A DNA stretch of 64,000 nt, from positions 2,144,001 to 2,208,000 of the forward strand of contig OY771555.1 in assembly GCA_963674785.1 (NCBI GenBank), read 5' to 3'. Below are positions 28,164-37,622 of the stretch, piece by piece. The notes beneath the pieces are model-generated. The model saw only the letters and a program-made list of their open reading frames with translations, ran no database searches and was not told the origin of the DNA. This DNA comes from Caldisericia bacterium. Its GTDB lineage: Bacteria; Caldisericota; Caldisericia; JAAYUI01. The position numbers were made by a program, and so were the translations under genes. Position 1 is the first letter of the stretch; each line of letters opens with the position of its first letter.

Positions 28164-30326
28164 TTAATTCTCCAGATACCAGAACTCGCAGTTCCAGTTT
28201 GGTGGAGCTTGAGCGCCTGTTGGAAGGTAGTTCTCAAGATTATATTTTGTTACGTCAACATTGTATCTGTTATAGAGCGGAAGTGCTGGAAGCTCTTCTG
28301 CCCAGATGGCAAACTCTCTATTGAAAAGTTCCTGAAGTTCATCATCAGGTCTTTCACCAAGAATCTTTTCAACAAGTTCCTGATGCTCGTCATCTCCATA
28401 CCAGCCACCCATGTTCTGACCGACCCAACCATTATCTTCGGCTGGGATCTGCTCTCTTGAGAAAAGGTTGCAGTTTGGTCTGATTGGATTTGATACCCAA
28501 GCAAACTCAACTGCTTCAAACTGGTGTCTTCTGAGGTAATCACCACCAAAAAGAACAGTTGCTGATTTGAAATCTGATGTAGCATTGATTCCAACAGCAT
28601 CCCACATCTTAATGATGTTTTCAACGGATGCAGTTCTAAATGGCTGACCAGATGCAGTTGCAAGTGAGAATTTAAATTTCTTCACTTCCCCATTTATTTC
28701 CTTTTCTCTGACGCCATCTTTGCCGATTACCCAACCGGCTTCTTCAAGAAGCTGTTCGGCTTTTGCAGGATTGTATTCATACTTTTTGAAAGCATCCATC
28801 TCTTCTGCTTTTTTGTAGTATTTTGATCTTCTTGTTAACCAGAGATGTGATGGTGAGAAAACACCCTGTGAAACAAGCTTGCAAAGTTTTTCACGATCAA
28901 GTGCGTAAAGAAGAGCCTGTCTTACACGTTTGTCTCCAAAAAGATATTCAAGACCGAGATCATCTTCATTTTCTGGATCATCTGCAAACTGGTTGAGGTC
29001 GATATGTTCCCAACCTGTGCTTTCGACATAGTGGAATTTGTAAGTACCACTCAGGTCATCTTCAATTTCTTTTGCATCAAGTGGTGAGAAAGCATTGTAG
29101 ACCATGTCAATATCACCGGCTCTGAGATTGAGTTTGATTGTGTTTGCATCAGACATAAATTTGACTCTGATTTTTGGAATGAGTGGCTGAGCATAAGCAG
29201 AATATGGGTTTGGTTCGAAGTCAAAATAGTTACCTTCATTCCATTCGGTCATTTTGTATGGACCAAACATGTAATCATAATAATCCTGTCTTACATTATG
29301 ATTATCAGGATCAGTGATTAATTCGGTTTCGTACATTGCTTTATATGAGAGTCCGGGAAGAGACCAAGTCGCATATGTGTATTCTTCATTAAACTGAACT
29401 GAAACAGTGTATTTGTCAAGCTTTGTAACTTTGTCAACCTTCCAGTCTCCCGATCTTGAGGTTGCCTGGAGAATTGGACACATACCTTCTCTGACACCAT
29501 AGATAACATCATCAGCTGTTACTTCGTGATATCTGCTTCCCTCTGGCTCATCTGGAAGTGGTGGCCAGTAGATTCCTGGTCTGAGTTCATATGTAACAGT
29601 CATTTTGTCTTTTCCGGTAATTTCATCATGGAAAAGATCAACTGCACCGTTTTCAAGTGAAGGGACTCTCTTAAGTGCTTTCGGGAAAAGAATTGATTCG
29701 TTACCATATTCAATACCGCCAGTTCCCATAAATCTGACAAGGAATGTTCTAGACATTGAACTGCTAACAAACGGATTAAGTGTGTCTGGTTCTTGCTGTG
29801 TGACACAGGTGAGAACCTGTTCTGGGTCTGTGTTTGGTGGGAACTGTGTTCTGTAGAGAAGGAAGGCAGCTTCTGCATATGATGGTGCTTCTGCCCAAGC
29901 TGTTTCTCTGTATCTGTATGTGAGAAGATTATAAAGTGGTCTTGCTGCCATGTTGAAATATGGGACATATTCTTCTGGAATTGTTTCTTCATCAAGAGCG
30001 AGACACCATGCTGGGAAGTCATATTCTGAAACATTGTCTTTGATTGCGTCATTGTTATCGATTGCAAACTTAAACATTTCAGCTCTTGTGAAATCTTCGC
30101 CAGTGTATTCAAGGTCTTTACCAAGAACAAGGCTCAATCCTGCTGCAAATGTATCTGCTGGAATAGCATCGTCAGGGTTTTCTACTCCCGGTAGAATTGA
30201 CTCTTCAGTGACATAGTTTATGTACTTCTGAAGTGAATGTTCTTCTTCAGCACCCACTGGTGCGATAGATGCGAATAGCATCAAAACCATTGATAAAGAC
30301 AGTAAAATAGACAAGAATCTTCTCAT
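28164..30326 (-). CDS. Family-5 ABC substrate-binding protein with N-terminal SLH-like region (copy 1)
   Basis: SD GAAAGGAG, SPI signal (VGA-EEE), FTRAEM and YAEAAFLLYR SLH-like motifs, QEPDTLNP, GPY, DKRVRQALLYALDR. Confidence 0.85.
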   Translation of the reverse strand: MRRFLSILLSLSMVLMLFASIAPVGAEEEHSLQKYINYVTEESILPGVENPDDAIPADTFAAGLSLVLGKDLEYTGEDFTRAEMFKFAIDNNDAIKDNVSEYDFPAWCLALDEETIPEEYVPYFNMAARPLYNLLTYRYRETAWAEAPSYAEAAFLLYRTQFPPNTDPEQVLTCVTQQEPDTLNPFVSSSMSRTFLVRFMGTGGIEYGNESILFPKALKRVPSLENGAVDLFHDEITGKDKMTVTYELRPGIYWPPLPDEPEGSRYHEVTADDVIYGVREGMCPILQATSRSGDWKVDKVTKLDKYTVSVQFNEEYTYATWSLPGLSYKAMYETELITDPDNHNVRQDYYDYMFGPYKMTEWNEGNYFDFEPNPYSAYAQPLIPKIRVKFMSDANTIKLNLRAGDIDMVYNAFSPLDAKEIEDDLSGTYKFHYVESTGWEHIDLNQFADDPENEDDLGLEYLFGDKRVRQALLYALDREKLCKLVSQGVFSPSHLWLTRRSKYYKKAEEMDAFKKYEYNPAKAEQLLEEAGWVIGKDGVREKEINGEVKKFKFSLATASGQPFRTASVENIIKMWDAVGINATSDFKSATVLFGGDYLRRHQFEAVEFAWVSNPIRPNCNLFSREQIPAEDNGWVGQNMGGWYGDDEHQELVEKILGERPDDELQELFNREFAIWAEELPALPLYNRYNVDVTKYNLENYLPTGAQAPPNWNCEFWYLEN

Positions 30327-30339
30327 ATTGCTCCTTTCG
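29768..30339. repeat. Direct repeat copy 1 (about 570 bp) shared by the 5' ends of the two SBP genes
   Basis: Matches 32163-32734 at offset 2395; about 11 mismatches counted by eye. Confidence 0.92.
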
Positions 30340-30558
30340 AGGATGGCATGGAACACACCATCATAGCAAGTAAACACATGTTTGGATTAAACATACAATC
30401 TCTCATTTGCTCTATTCTAGCAATATACAAATCAAAAGGCAAGTCCTCAAAACTTATCCAACATGTCATATGAAGCACATTAAGAAGATTCAGTATCATT
30501 CCACACATTCCCAAATTATCTAACAAAGCAATATTTTCCCATATAGCTTAATCTGGTG

Positions 30559-32721
30559 TTACTGTTCCAAATACCAAAAAACACAGTTCCAATTGTGAGG
30601 CGCGATTGATCCAGTTGGTTTATAGTTTTCCAAATTATACTTTGTTACATCAACAGAATATCTATTGTAGAGTGGAAGTGCCGGAAGCTCTTCTGCCCAG
30701 ATGGCAAACTCTCTATTGAAAAGCTCCTGAAGTTCATCATCAGGTTGCTCCATCTGAATAGCTTCAACAAGCTCTTCATGTTCATCGTCACCATACCAAC
30801 CACCCATGTTCTGTCCCGACCAGCCGTTTTCCTCAACCGGCATCTGTTCTCTTGAGAAAAGGTCACAATTTGGCCTTATGGGATTTGAAGTCCATGCAAA
30901 CTCAACCGCTTCAAATTGATGTCTTCTTAAGTAGTCACCACCAAAAAGAACGGTTGATGACTTGAAATCAGAGGTTACCCTAACTCCAATAGCATCCCAC
31001 ATCTTAATGATGTTTTCAACAGATGCAGTTCTAAATGGCTGACCAGATGCTGTTGCAAGAAAAAATTTGAGCTGAGTCTTCTTGCCATCTTCAATAGTTT
31101 TTGTTCGAATTCCATCTTCAAGTTTCCAACCGGCATCTTCAAGAAGCTGTTCGGCTTTTGCAGGATTGTATTCATACTTTTTGAAAGCATCCATCTCTTC
31201 GGCTTTTTTGTAGTATTTTGAGAGCCTTGATAACCAAAGATGGGATGTTGTAAAAATCCCCTTAGAAACCATTTTACAAAGCTTTTCACGATCAAGTGCA
31301 TAAAGAAGAGCCTGTCTTACATGTTTGTCTCCAAAAAGATATTCAAGACCGAGATCATCTTCATTTTCTGGATCATCTGCAAACTGGTTAAGGTCGATGT
31401 GTTCCCAACCTGTGCTTTCGACATAGTGGAATTTATATGTACCGTTCAAATCATCTTCAATCTCTTTTGCATCAAGTGGTGAAAAAGCGTTGTAAACAAC
31501 ATCAATCTCTCCGGCTTTGAGGTTCAATTTAATCGTATTTGCATCTGACATGAATTTGACTCTGATATTCGGTATCAATGGTTGTGCAAACACCGAATAA
31601 GGATTAGGTTCAAAGTCAATGAAATTACCCTCGTTCCATTCTTTGATTCTGTACGGTCCAAAATAAGTATCGATAAAGTCCTGTCTTACATTATGATTGT
31701 CAGGATCAGTGATTAATTCAGTTTCGTACATTGCTTTATATGAGAGACCCGGCAACCCCCATGCCGCATAAGCATACATTTCGTTGAACTGAATTTCGAC
31801 AGTATATTTATCAATCTTAATTACCTTATCGATCTTCCAGTCTCCCGATCTTGTTATTGCCTGAAGAATTGGACACATTCCTTCTCTAACACCATAAAGG
31901 ACATCATCAGCTGTGATTTCATGAATTTTACTTCCTTCTGGTTCACCAGGAAGTGCTGGCCAATAGAGAGATGATCTTAATCTATAAACAACCTTCATCT
32001 TCTCTTTGCCAGTTATCTCGTCAGTAAAAACCACGACATCGCCATTTTCCAAGGATGGAACTCTCTTGAGTATATTCGGAAACAAAATCGCGTCATCCCC
32101 AAATTCAACTGAATCAGCTGTGGTAAACCTTCTCAGATAACTCATTGACGTAGTACTATTTCCAAACGGATTAAGTGTGTCTGGTTCTTGCTGTGTGACA
32201 CAGGTGAGAACCTGTTCTGGGTCTGTGTTTGGTGGGAACTGTGTTCTGTAGAGAAGGAAGGCAGCTTCTGCATATGATGGTGCTTCTGCCCAAGCTGTTT
32301 CTCTGTATCTGTATGTGAGAAGATTATAAAGTGGTCTTGCTGCCATGTTGAAATATGGGACATATTCTTCTGGAATTGTTTCTTCATCAAGAGCGAGACA
32401 CCATGCTGGGAAGTCATATTCTGAAATATCATTTTTGATTGCATCATTGTTATCGATTGCAAACTTAAACATTTCAGCTCTTGTGAAATCTTCGCCAGTG
32501 TATTCAAGGTCTTTACCAAGAACAAGGCTCAATCCTGCTGCAAATGTATCTGCTGGAATAGCATCGTCAGGGTTTTCTACTCCCGGTAGGATTGACTCTT
32601 CAGTGACATAGTTTATGTACTTATGAAGTGAATGTTCTTCTTCAGCACCCACTGGTGCGATAGATGCGAATAGCATCAAAACCATTGATAAAGACAGTAA
32701 AATAGACAAAATCCTCCTCAT
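30559..32721 (-). CDS. Family-5 ABC substrate-binding protein with N-terminal SLH-like region (copy 2)
   Basis: Paralog of 28164-30326; same RBS and near-identical first ~185 aa. Confidence 0.85.
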   Translation of the reverse strand: MRRILSILLSLSMVLMLFASIAPVGAEEEHSLHKYINYVTEESILPGVENPDDAIPADTFAAGLSLVLGKDLEYTGEDFTRAEMFKFAIDNNDAIKNDISEYDFPAWCLALDEETIPEEYVPYFNMAARPLYNLLTYRYRETAWAEAPSYAEAAFLLYRTQFPPNTDPEQVLTCVTQQEPDTLNPFGNSTTSMSYLRRFTTADSVEFGDDAILFPNILKRVPSLENGDVVVFTDEITGKEKMKVVYRLRSSLYWPALPGEPEGSKIHEITADDVLYGVREGMCPILQAITRSGDWKIDKVIKIDKYTVEIQFNEMYAYAAWGLPGLSYKAMYETELITDPDNHNVRQDFIDTYFGPYRIKEWNEGNFIDFEPNPYSVFAQPLIPNIRVKFMSDANTIKLNLKAGEIDVVYNAFSPLDAKEIEDDLNGTYKFHYVESTGWEHIDLNQFADDPENEDDLGLEYLFGDKHVRQALLYALDREKLCKMVSKGIFTTSHLWLSRLSKYYKKAEEMDAFKKYEYNPAKAEQLLEDAGWKLEDGIRTKTIEDGKKTQLKFFLATASGQPFRTASVENIIKMWDAIGVRVTSDFKSSTVLFGGDYLRRHQFEAVEFAWTSNPIRPNCDLFSREQMPVEENGWSGQNMGGWYGDDEHEELVEAIQMEQPDDELQELFNREFAIWAEELPALPLYNRYSVDVTKYNLENYKPTGSIAPHNWNCVFWYLEQ

Positions 32722-32734
32722 ATTGCTCCTTTCG
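32163..32734. repeat. Direct repeat copy 2
   Basis: Matches 29768-30339. Confidence 0.92.
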
Positions 32735-32894
32735 TGGATAAAAGAGTCTCGCTTAATAGCGTACAAAAACCCCAGTCCCTCTATCCATTAATAACTATAA
32801 CAATCACGAAAGTTAAAGTCCAGGATAAACCCTCGACTTAAATACACTAAAGGACTTACAAAAATGATTCAAAGTGTAAAAAACTTTTTGATCA

Positions 32895-33830
32895 TCAGAA
32901 CCAATCGGGTTGTTTGCCACTCCATTCGCCAATAATTCTGACCTCTGGACGAAGTCTTATATTTGACTGAGAATAAATCTCATCGATTATTAAAGTCATT
33001 AATTTTAAGACATCTTGTGATGTCCCACTGCCAGTGTTGACAAGGAAATTGGCATGAACATCTGAAACCATGATTCCACCAATTTTGTAGTTTTTGAAAC
33101 CTGCTTCTTCTATCAAAACGCCAGCAATTCTTCCAGGTGGATTTCTGAAAATACAACCGGCGTTAGAGTTATTCAACGGTTGATGCTTTGAGCGATACTC
33201 ACGAAGTCGATTCATCTCTGAGATCAAGGTTTCTGAGTTAGCTTCGTTAAAACTAAATCTGACCCACTCAACAACCCCACCTGACCTCAAAACAAGTGAA
33301 CTTCTATAGTCAAATTGCATCTGTTTGTGGTCAAGAATAACTCTGTCTCCAGAAAGTGTTATATATCCAACTTGTTTAACAGATTGACTGATATAGTGAG
33401 ATGAAGTGCCGGCATTCATTGCAACAGCTCCGCCTACCGTTCCAGGTATTCCATAACAATGTTCAAGACCTGAAAGGTTTTTATCAGTCGATTCCTTTAT
33501 AAGTTTTCCCAAAGAGTAACCACCTGAAACAACAACCTCATAACCATTCCAGTGTGCCTCATCAAGTCCTCTATTGATCTTTAATGCAATCCCCCTGAGT
33601 CCAAGGTCTCCAACCAACAAATTACTTCCACCACCGATAACCAAAAGAGGTACATGCATCTTATTTGCATAACGAATAACGCTTATTACATCATCAAAAT
33701 CCTCGGGGATAACCATCGCATCAGCAGGCCCACCAACCTTAAACGATGTATGTATGCTCATTTGTTCTCCAAATAGAACAGAGCCCCTTGTAACGGATTT
33801 TAACTCAGTAAGCGCTGTTGGGATTAACAT
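32895..33830 (-). CDS. murB: UDP-N-acetylenolpyruvoylglucosamine reductase
   Basis: HTSFKVGGPA, GGGSNLL, GIPGTVGGAVAMNAG, AGCIFRNP, HANFLVN. Confidence 0.96.
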   Translation of the reverse strand: MLIPTALTELKSVTRGSVLFGEQMSIHTSFKVGGPADAMVIPEDFDDVISVIRYANKMHVPLLVIGGGSNLLVGDLGLRGIALKINRGLDEAHWNGYEVVVSGGYSLGKLIKESTDKNLSGLEHCYGIPGTVGGAVAMNAGTSSHYISQSVKQVGYITLSGDRVILDHKQMQFDYRSSLVLRSGGVVEWVRFSFNEANSETLISEMNRLREYRSKHQPLNNSNAGCIFRNPPGRIAGVLIEEAGFKNYKIGGIMVSDVHANFLVNTGSGTSQDVLKLMTLIIDEIYSQSNIRLRPEVRIIGEWSGKQPDWF

Positions 33831-33835
33831 ATCTA

Positions 33836-34900
33836 TTAACTCCTTGCAAGATTTTCAATGATTGAAACAATTGCATCTAAAGCCTCAGTATGACTTGATT
33901 TAGCATCCGGGGTTTTTTCAGCAGACATTAGAATCTCAATTGATTGTCCGAGACCTTCAAAGACATCATCCTCATCAATAACTATCACATTGTCTCTTTT
34001 AGATTTCAAATACATCCCATTCTTATACTGATGATTATATATTGAGTTTTTTATTGGTATAATGACTGCAGGAATACCATATGTCTCAATCTCTGAAGCC
34101 GTCATTGCCCCACCTCTTGTGACAGCAATATCAGTTACGGCATAAAGCTTATCCATTTCATCCACATAATCACGAACAAAAATGTTTTTCAGATGTTTTT
34201 TGCAAACCATTGAATCCACATCAGCAAACTGTTTTTTACCAGAAATAATAAGCCACTGAAGCTGGGAGTTTGCAAGTAGAATTTCTGGAAGATTTAGTAT
34301 CGCATGATTAACAAATCTTGCCCCCTGCGAGCCACCCATTATGACAACAGTTTTTTTGTTTTCATCAAGCCCAAATAACTTGTAGATTTCTGTAGATCTA
34401 GCTGGGATTGTGTTCCATCTAATTGGGTTACCAACAACCTCAATCTTATTTTTTGGAACGTTAGTCATTCCCGGAAAGCCAGTCATTATAACATCAGCAT
34501 ACTTAGCTAGAAAACTATTTGCTCGCCCTGCAACAAAATTTGATTCGTGAAGAAGGATAGGGTATTTCTTTCTTGCAGCATAAACCAGTGGAACAGATGG
34601 ATAACCACCCATTCCAAGGACAACCTTCGGCTCAAATTTTGTTAAAAGTTTCTTCGCTTGTTTGACACCTTTGCCTGTTTTTCTGAGAAATTTTAGTAAC
34701 TTAAGGGGGCTTACAGATGGGGAAGCTGACTCAATTTGAAAAGAATCGATTTCTCCGACAATTTTTTTATCAAGTGTCTTCCTTGTCGTAATAATCACGG
34801 GATGTAAATCTTTTTCTTTGAGTATATTTGCAATTGAAACTGCGGGTAATATGTGTCCTCCGGATGCTCCAGCACCTATAAGTATCGAATTCTTTTTCAT
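33836..34900 (-). CDS. murG: Undecaprenyl-PP-MurNAc-pentapeptide GlcNAc transferase
   Basis: SGGHILP, GMGGYPS, HESN, GNPIR, GGSQGA, RGGAMT, HQYKN. Confidence 0.95.
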   Translation of the reverse strand: MKKNSILIGAGASGGHILPAVSIANILKEKDLHPVIITTRKTLDKKIVGEIDSFQIESASPSVSPLKLLKFLRKTGKGVKQAKKLLTKFEPKVVLGMGGYPSVPLVYAARKKYPILLHESNFVAGRANSFLAKYADVIMTGFPGMTNVPKNKIEVVGNPIRWNTIPARSTEIYKLFGLDENKKTVVIMGGSQGARFVNHAILNLPEILLANSQLQWLIISGKKQFADVDSMVCKKHLKNIFVRDYVDEMDKLYAVTDIAVTRGGAMTASEIETYGIPAVIIPIKNSIYNHQYKNGMYLKSKRDNVIVIDEDDVFEGLGQSIEILMSAEKTPDAKSSHTEALDAIVSIIENLARS

Positions 34901-36036
34901 ATTTCCCCTTTCAAAAGCATGGCTTTCTTTCTTCTTTCAAAACTATATCTATCAATTCCGAACAATATTCCAACCTCAACTAGGTTAATGATGAGTGAAG
35001 AGCTGCCAGCAGAGATAAAAGGCAGTGTAGCTCCAGTCACTGGCAGAAGACCAATCACGATTCCGATATTAAAAAATGCCTGCATTCCAATATGAAGCGC
35101 TATTCCAAGAGCAACCAGGTATGCAAATTGGTTTTTTGACCTTCCCGCAATTTTTATTGCCCCTACAACAAACATAAAATAGAGGATAATCACAACAATA
35201 CATCCAACAAATCCAAATTCTTCAGCTATATTTGCAAAGATGAAGTCAGACTTTAATGAATAGATACTATTACTAAACTTCTGAACTCCGGAGAAAAGCC
35301 CTCTACCAAAAAAACTACCACTTGCAACAGCAACAAGTGAATGAAACAATTGGTACCCTTCGTTTTGAGCTGTACCTATCGGATCAAGAACCCCTCTAAA
35401 TCTGGACTTCCACATCTCAATATCAACAATAGATTGAATTAATACCGCAACACTGAATAAGCCAAACAAAACAAACAAAACCCAGACCTTCGCACCCGAA
35501 AGATAGTATTGGAGAACAAAAATCACCATAATCATAATGGCTGCAGAAAGTGAGGACTCCATTACAATCAGTCCTCCAATAACAGCAATCATCAATAAAA
35601 GATTGACTATTTCTCTCATTGACATAGTTTTTGCATTTCGTTCTGTTAAGTAATTAGCTGTTAGTAAAATTACTGCCAGTTTTGCAAACTCAGACGGTTG
35701 AAATGATATTCCCCCAATATACAACCACCTCTTGTGAACCATCGATGAACCAATCGAAGGAACAAAAACGAAAAGCAACATGACTATCGCCAACACATAA
35801 ATAGGATAGGCAAGACTCCTATACACCTTAAAAGGCGACCTGTAGATAAAAAAAGCACACACTGAGCCAACCGTCAATCCCAAAAAATAGGTTGATAGCT
35901 CAGACCAAATTGATGATATGTTGCCAATATGTGACTGAGCCATATAGATTGAATAAAGGGTTATAAATCCAATCACCAATAATCCAACAACCGAGATTAC
36001 AAGAAATCGCTCAGGAACCCAAGATTTTTGGTGCAA
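34897..36036 (-). CDS. ftsW: SEDS family peptidoglycan polymerase FtsW
   Basis: RWL...FQPSEFAK, GYQ, DFIFANIAEEFG, LLPVTGATLPFIS; between murD and murG. Confidence 0.9.
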   Translation of the reverse strand: MHQKSWVPERFLVISVVGLLVIGFITLYSIYMAQSHIGNISSIWSELSTYFLGLTVGSVCAFFIYRSPFKVYRSLAYPIYVLAIVMLLFVFVPSIGSSMVHKRWLYIGGISFQPSEFAKLAVILLTANYLTERNAKTMSMREIVNLLLMIAVIGGLIVMESSLSAAIMIMVIFVLQYYLSGAKVWVLFVLFGLFSVAVLIQSIVDIEMWKSRFRGVLDPIGTAQNEGYQLFHSLVAVASGSFFGRGLFSGVQKFSNSIYSLKSDFIFANIAEEFGFVGCIVVIILYFMFVVGAIKIAGRSKNQFAYLVALGIALHIGMQAFFNIGIVIGLLPVTGATLPFISAGSSSLIINLVEVGILFGIDRYSFERRKKAMLLKGEI

Positions 36037-37360
36037 TCTCTTTTACCTCCAAAGCAAACATATCTCCTCTTTCCTCAAAATCCGTGAACTGGTCAAAGCT
36101 AGCGCAAGCAGGGGATAATAAAACAGTGTCTCCACGATCTGCATTGTCTATTGCATACTTTACTGCTTCAGATTGATCATTTACTATCTTGAATTTTGAA
36201 ATACCTGCATCGTCAAAAACTTTTTTAAGTCTTTCGGAAGTTTTTCCATGAATAATTACTAGTTTTACATCACCCATGTTTTCGGGGAGTTTCGAAAAGT
36301 CAGAACCTTTTTCTGAACCACCAAGAATCAAAATAAATTGCCCCTTTAAAGTTCTCAAGGCAAGTATTGTTGCATCAGGCTTTGTTGCCTTCGAATCGTT
36401 TATGAACCTAACTCCACCCCACTCACCAACAAGTTGCATACGATGTTTGAGAGGATGAAAATCTGAAACAGAAAAAATTGCATTCTTCATATCAATACCA
36501 AAATGTGATACAGCAAGTGCCGCAGCAAGGATATTTTGTCCGTTGAAGCTTCCATTTAGAACAAAATCATCCATAGTAGCAACTTTTTCATTATGAATGT
36601 ATAAGGAATCACCATCCATAAAGGCATCTGCATTGTCATCTGGGTTAGCTGAGAAGAATATGGCTTTTGCTTTTGTTTTATTTGCTAGCAACCTGCTCCA
36701 ATCATCAGACGCATTTAAAACAACAGAGTCAGCCTGAGTCATAAATCGAAGAATCTTTTCCTTCATTGAGGCATATACTTCCATTGTTCCATGTCTATCA
36801 AGATGATCCTCAGACAAATTCAGAAAAACACCCACTTTTGGATGAAAGGAATCCATCATCTCACACATAGGAGAGCCAACCTCAATTACTGGAATCCAGT
36901 CTGGTTCGGCTTTTAAAACATAATTTGAAACTGGATCACCAATGTTTCCGATGGGAAAACTTGTAATTCCAGCTTTTGAAAGCATCCTTGCAATAAGAGA
37001 AGTTGTTGTTGATTTACCAGATGTACCAGTAACTGAGACATAATCACATGGTAGAAGCTCAGAAGCAAAATCTATCTCTCCTCTTACTTCAATTCCTCTT
37101 TTATACGCATCCTGTATAATTTTTACAGATGGTTTGATTCCTGGTGAGGGAATTAAAAGATCGCAATCCAAAGCTCTTTCTGTGTGTCCACCAACTTCAA
37201 AATCGAAGTCAGTGTTTTTCAATTCATCTGGGTTACCAAACTCAGAGATGAAAACATTTGCTCCCAATTCTCTCATAAGTTCGGAAACAGCTTTTCCAGT
37301 CCTGCTGTATCCAAGAACAGTAACTTTCATTCCAGCAAATCTTTTAAGATTCTTTTTCAC
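36011..37360 (-). CDS. murD: UDP-N-acetylmuramoyl-L-alanine--D-glutamate ligase
   Basis: SPGI, GTSGKSTT, GNIG, NLSEDHLDRH, NDSKAT, LLSPACASFDQF..FEERG; likely GTG start 37360. Confidence 0.92.
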   Translation of the reverse strand: MKKNLKRFAGMKVTVLGYSRTGKAVSELMRELGANVFISEFGNPDELKNTDFDFEVGGHTERALDCDLLIPSPGIKPSVKIIQDAYKRGIEVRGEIDFASELLPCDYVSVTGTSGKSTTTSLIARMLSKAGITSFPIGNIGDPVSNYVLKAEPDWIPVIEVGSPMCEMMDSFHPKVGVFLNLSEDHLDRHGTMEVYASMKEKILRFMTQADSVVLNASDDWSRLLANKTKAKAIFFSANPDDNADAFMDGDSLYIHNEKVATMDDFVLNGSFNGQNILAAALAVSHFGIDMKNAIFSVSDFHPLKHRMQLVGEWGGVRFINDSKATKPDATILALRTLKGQFILILGGSEKGSDFSKLPENMGDVKLVIIHGKTSERLKKVFDDAGISKFKIVNDQSEAVKYAIDNADRGDTVLLSPACASFDQFTDFEERGDMFALEVKEIAPKILGS

Positions 37361-37472
37361 AGACACAACTTTATTATCAAATACTGATTTATCAAGATAT
37401 TGGCAAAAGATATAAAAAATGGTCAGGGCATAAAAGCTCCTGACCACTTATGTTTGGATTTCTAAAAGAGGC

Positions 37473-37548
37473 TGGAGCCGGAGATCCGACTCGAACGGAC
37501 GACCTGCTGATTACAAATCAGCTGCTCTACCAACTGAGCTACTCCGGC
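37473..37548 (-). tRNA. tRNA-Thr(TGT)
   Basis: GCCGGAG/CTCCGGC acceptor stem, anticodon arm GCTGA-TTTGTAA-TCAGC, TTCGA loop, encoded CCA. Confidence 0.97.
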
Positions 37549-37622
37549 AACAGGATTAAGATAATAGGGTCTCTTTCTGTCTAGTCAAGATTTTGTGTTT
37601 TAATATTTGAAAACCATATCAA

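Noticed and set aside
28164-32734. SBP repeat pair as diversity-generating retroelement TR/VR or invertible shufflon
   Set aside because: No reverse transcriptase or recombinase, the repeats are direct, both copies are full genes, and the mismatches are not adenine-specific.
33140-33170. MurB catalytic Ser replaced by Cys (AGCIFRNP)
   Set aside because: A Cys at this position is a known natural MurB variant, so it is not novel by itself.
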